This document shows positions 1 through 1,014 of a DNA stretch of 1,014 nucleotides, piece after piece (positions within the stretch are counted from its first letter, which is position 1; the number at the start of each line of letters is the position of its first letter). The DNA is from Naegleria gruberi. Its lineage: Eukaryota. The stretch lies in assembly GCA_000004985.1 (NCBI GenBank), contig GG739617.1; one strand, given 5' to 3'. The position numbers and the translations under genes were made by a program. The notes beneath the pieces are model-generated. The model was not told where the DNA came from, did not search any database, and was given only the letters and a program-made list of their open reading frames with translations.

Positions 1-321
1 AAGAGTTCTTCGTTTAACAGTTCGACCAGTGACGTGAGCACAGCATTTGATGATAATCATTCAGTTAGCTCTAGCTCTCTAGTTTCTACACCTTCTTCAG
101 AATATAGACAATCATTAGATGAATCGAGTGAATCAGATTCTCTTGATGAAAAGATTGAGAATCATGTCATCACACTTGATAATATTGAATTGGAAATGAA
201 ACACTCCTCGAGTACATCCTCAGTATCTACCCTTTCGAATATGCAATCTGGTTACGTTCCACCAAAGGAAGGCGAATTGATTCCACTTTTGGATGAGATG
301 AGTCCTTATGTGACTCCTAAG
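1..321 (+). other. Ser/Asp/Glu-rich low-complexity N-terminal segment of the same CDS, probably intrinsically disordered. It contains an acidic-serine cluster and Ser/Thr-Pro sites.
   Basis: Codons 1-107 are about 30% Ser/Thr. They contain the runs SSSFNSSTS, SVSSSSLVSTPSS and HSSSTSSVSTLS, plus an acidic cluster SLDESSESDSLDE (nt ~112-150) that fits the S-x-x-D/E pattern of acidophilic kinase sites. SPYVTPK (nt ~301-321) has two S/T-P dipeptides. No hydrophobic core pattern is evident. The DNA here shows the short tandem agctct-agctct (nt ~70-81) expected from Ser-codon repetition. Confidence 0.6.
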
Positions 322-1014
322 GATCATCAACTTGCTTTGAATTTATATGATTCCTTCTTGAATCATCCACAGGAATGGAACACTCTCGATGATAAGGTAG
401 GAATGAGAACTGCCTCCAGTAAGCAAATCTATTCTTTCAATCCTTCAAAGAAGAATCCATCTGAAAGTAGACCAAGATTTATAATAGGTATTTCTGGAAT
501 TGTTCCAGGAACTCCAACAGAATGGATTAATTTAATGTACACAGACAAGGTCAAGAATAAGATTTGTAAACATTTTTCACAAAGATTCCAAGTTGAGTAC
601 AAATCCATTGATGAACAACAAGGTATTCATTATCCAAATTCAATCATTTACATGGAAGCTCCACTCCCATTCCCAATGACCAATAGAGATTTCCTCGTAT
701 CTAAAACCATTATTCCAGATAAGTATGATCCATCGACAGGCGAATATGGACGATACATTATGATTCAAAAACCATCTTACCATCACGAGTTCCCTCCGGT
801 TGCCAAGTCAGCAGTCAGAGCTAACCATACCATTGTGTACATAGTCGAAAAGAAAGGAAATGCTAGTGTTAGATATACTTGTTTGGAAACTGGTGACATG
901 TTGGGTAATATTCCTGCCAAGATTACTGCTCAATTTTTCAAAAGCACTGCCAAAGTCATGCACAAAAAAATCAGAAAGGTCTGTTCGAGTGCCTACGAAT
1001 CACACGTGCAGAAA
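1..1014 (+). CDS. Partial CDS, truncated at both window edges. START-domain (StAR-related lipid transfer) protein resembling the STARD10/PCTP subfamily, with a Ser/acid-rich N-terminal extension.
   Basis: Frame 1 translates through all 338 codons with no stop. There is no ATG-initiated start context at the 5' edge and no stop at the 3' edge. The translation begins KSSSFNSSTSDVSTAFDDNHSVSSSSLVSTPSSEYRQSLDESSESDSLDEK, continues ...HPQEWNTLDDKVGMRTASSKQIYSFNPSKKNPSESRPRFIIGISGIVPGTPTEWINLMYTDKVKNK...MTNRDFLVSKTIIPDKYDPSTGEYGRYIMIQKPSYHHEFPPVAKSAVRANHTIVYIVEKKGNASVRYTCLETGDMLGNIPAKITAQFFKSTAKVMHKKIRKVC, and is still open at the window end. The C-terminal two-thirds matches my recollection of human STARD10 in order and spacing. 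Ours NRDF / STARD10 NRDV. Ours YIMIQKPSYHHEFPP / STARD10 YIIMNYSVKHPKYPP. Ours VRA-x7-G-x4-YTCLETGDMLGNIPAKITAQFFKSTAKVMHKKIRKVC / STARD10 VRA-x6-G-x4-ITYLAQVDPKGSLPKWVVNKSSQFLAPKAMKKMYKAC. The codon bias (AGA, TTG, CCA, GAA) is coherent and fits a real gene. The other five frames were not checked for stop codons. Confidence 0.85.
322..984 (+). other. START / Bet v 1-like lipid-binding domain (region of the CDS).
   Basis: The ordered motifs run from the N-terminal conserved Trp (EWNTL, nt 373-387) to the RDF motif (NRDFLV, nt ~682-699). They continue through hydrophobic beta-strand-like alternation (IVYIVEKKGNASVRYTCLE), a D-x-x-G-x-IP loop (TGDMLGNIPAKI, nt ~889-924) and an amphipathic basic C-terminal helix (FFKSTAKVMHKKIRKVC, nt ~934-984). 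The length (~220 aa) and motif order fit the START fold. The domain boundaries are approximate. Confidence 0.65.

Noticed and set aside
70-82. Short tandem/palindromic DNA repeat agctctagctctctag
   Set aside because: It is explained by repeated Ser codons (AGC TCT AGC TCT) encoding SSSS within the low-complexity protein region. It is too short to be a regulatory or CRISPR-type repeat.
208-213. CTCGAG (XhoI) palindrome and other 6-bp palindromes
   Set aside because: Isolated hexamer palindromes occur by chance at this frequency, and this one has no partner sites or accompanying structure suggesting a cloning junction or protein-binding operator.
389-402. gataag|gtaggaatgag resembling a GT splice-donor consensus
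   Set aside because: The reading frame continues through it as conserved-looking protein sequence (DDKVGMRTAS). No downstream polypyrimidine tract/AG acceptor with a frame-restoring exon is evident. It is most likely a chance GGT-AGG codon junction.
1-1014. Possibility that the window encodes a multi-gene prokaryotic system (defence island, operon, toxin-antitoxin, CRISPR)
   Set aside because: A single reading frame runs uninterrupted across all 1014 nt with coherent codon bias. There are no intergenic gaps, promoters, RBS motifs, direct repeats with spacers or terminal inverted repeats. Nothing beyond one gene fragment is supported.
1-1014. Alternative-frame and antisense ORFs
   Set aside because: I did not check the other five frames for stop codons, so this is a prior rather than an observation. 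Any shorter open stretch would be nested inside the 338-codon frame-1 ORF, which has a recognisable START-domain translation.
1-1014. Assigning a specific organism (e.g. a CTG-clade yeast because no in-frame CTG codons occur, or Caenorhabditis because of AGA/CCA/GGA/CTT bias)
   Set aside because: The sample is too small. Zero CTG among ~18 Leu codons is only weakly unusual, and the codon preferences overlap between nematodes and budding yeasts. Taxonomic origin cannot be fixed without a database search.

Overview
The whole 1014-bp window is one uninterrupted open reading frame on the + strand (frame 1, 338 sense codons, no in-frame stop). It has no start codon and no stop codon inside the window, so the gene continues past both edges. 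Hand translation shows two parts. The N-terminal ~105 residues are Ser/Asp/Glu-rich and low-complexity. Codons ~108-328 form a C-terminal domain whose motif order and spacing match the START (StAR-related lipid transfer, Bet v 1-like) fold. From memory of human STARD10, the closest resemblance is to the STARD10/PCTP subgroup, with NRDF..., ...Y.M.....Y..FPP, VRA, ...TGDMLGNIP... and a basic C-terminal helix ending K.C. Codon usage is biased toward Arg AGA, Leu TTG/CTT, Pro CCA and Glu GAA. That bias, the acidic serine-rich segment and the absence of any upstream Shine-Dalgarno/promoter context suggest a eukaryotic origin (nematode- or yeast-like), possibly from cDNA or an intron-poor genome. 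I see no RNA genes, CRISPR repeats, mobile-element termini, operon structure or intergenic regulatory DNA. I found no evidence of a multi-gene 'system'; the window is a fragment of one lipid-transfer-type gene.
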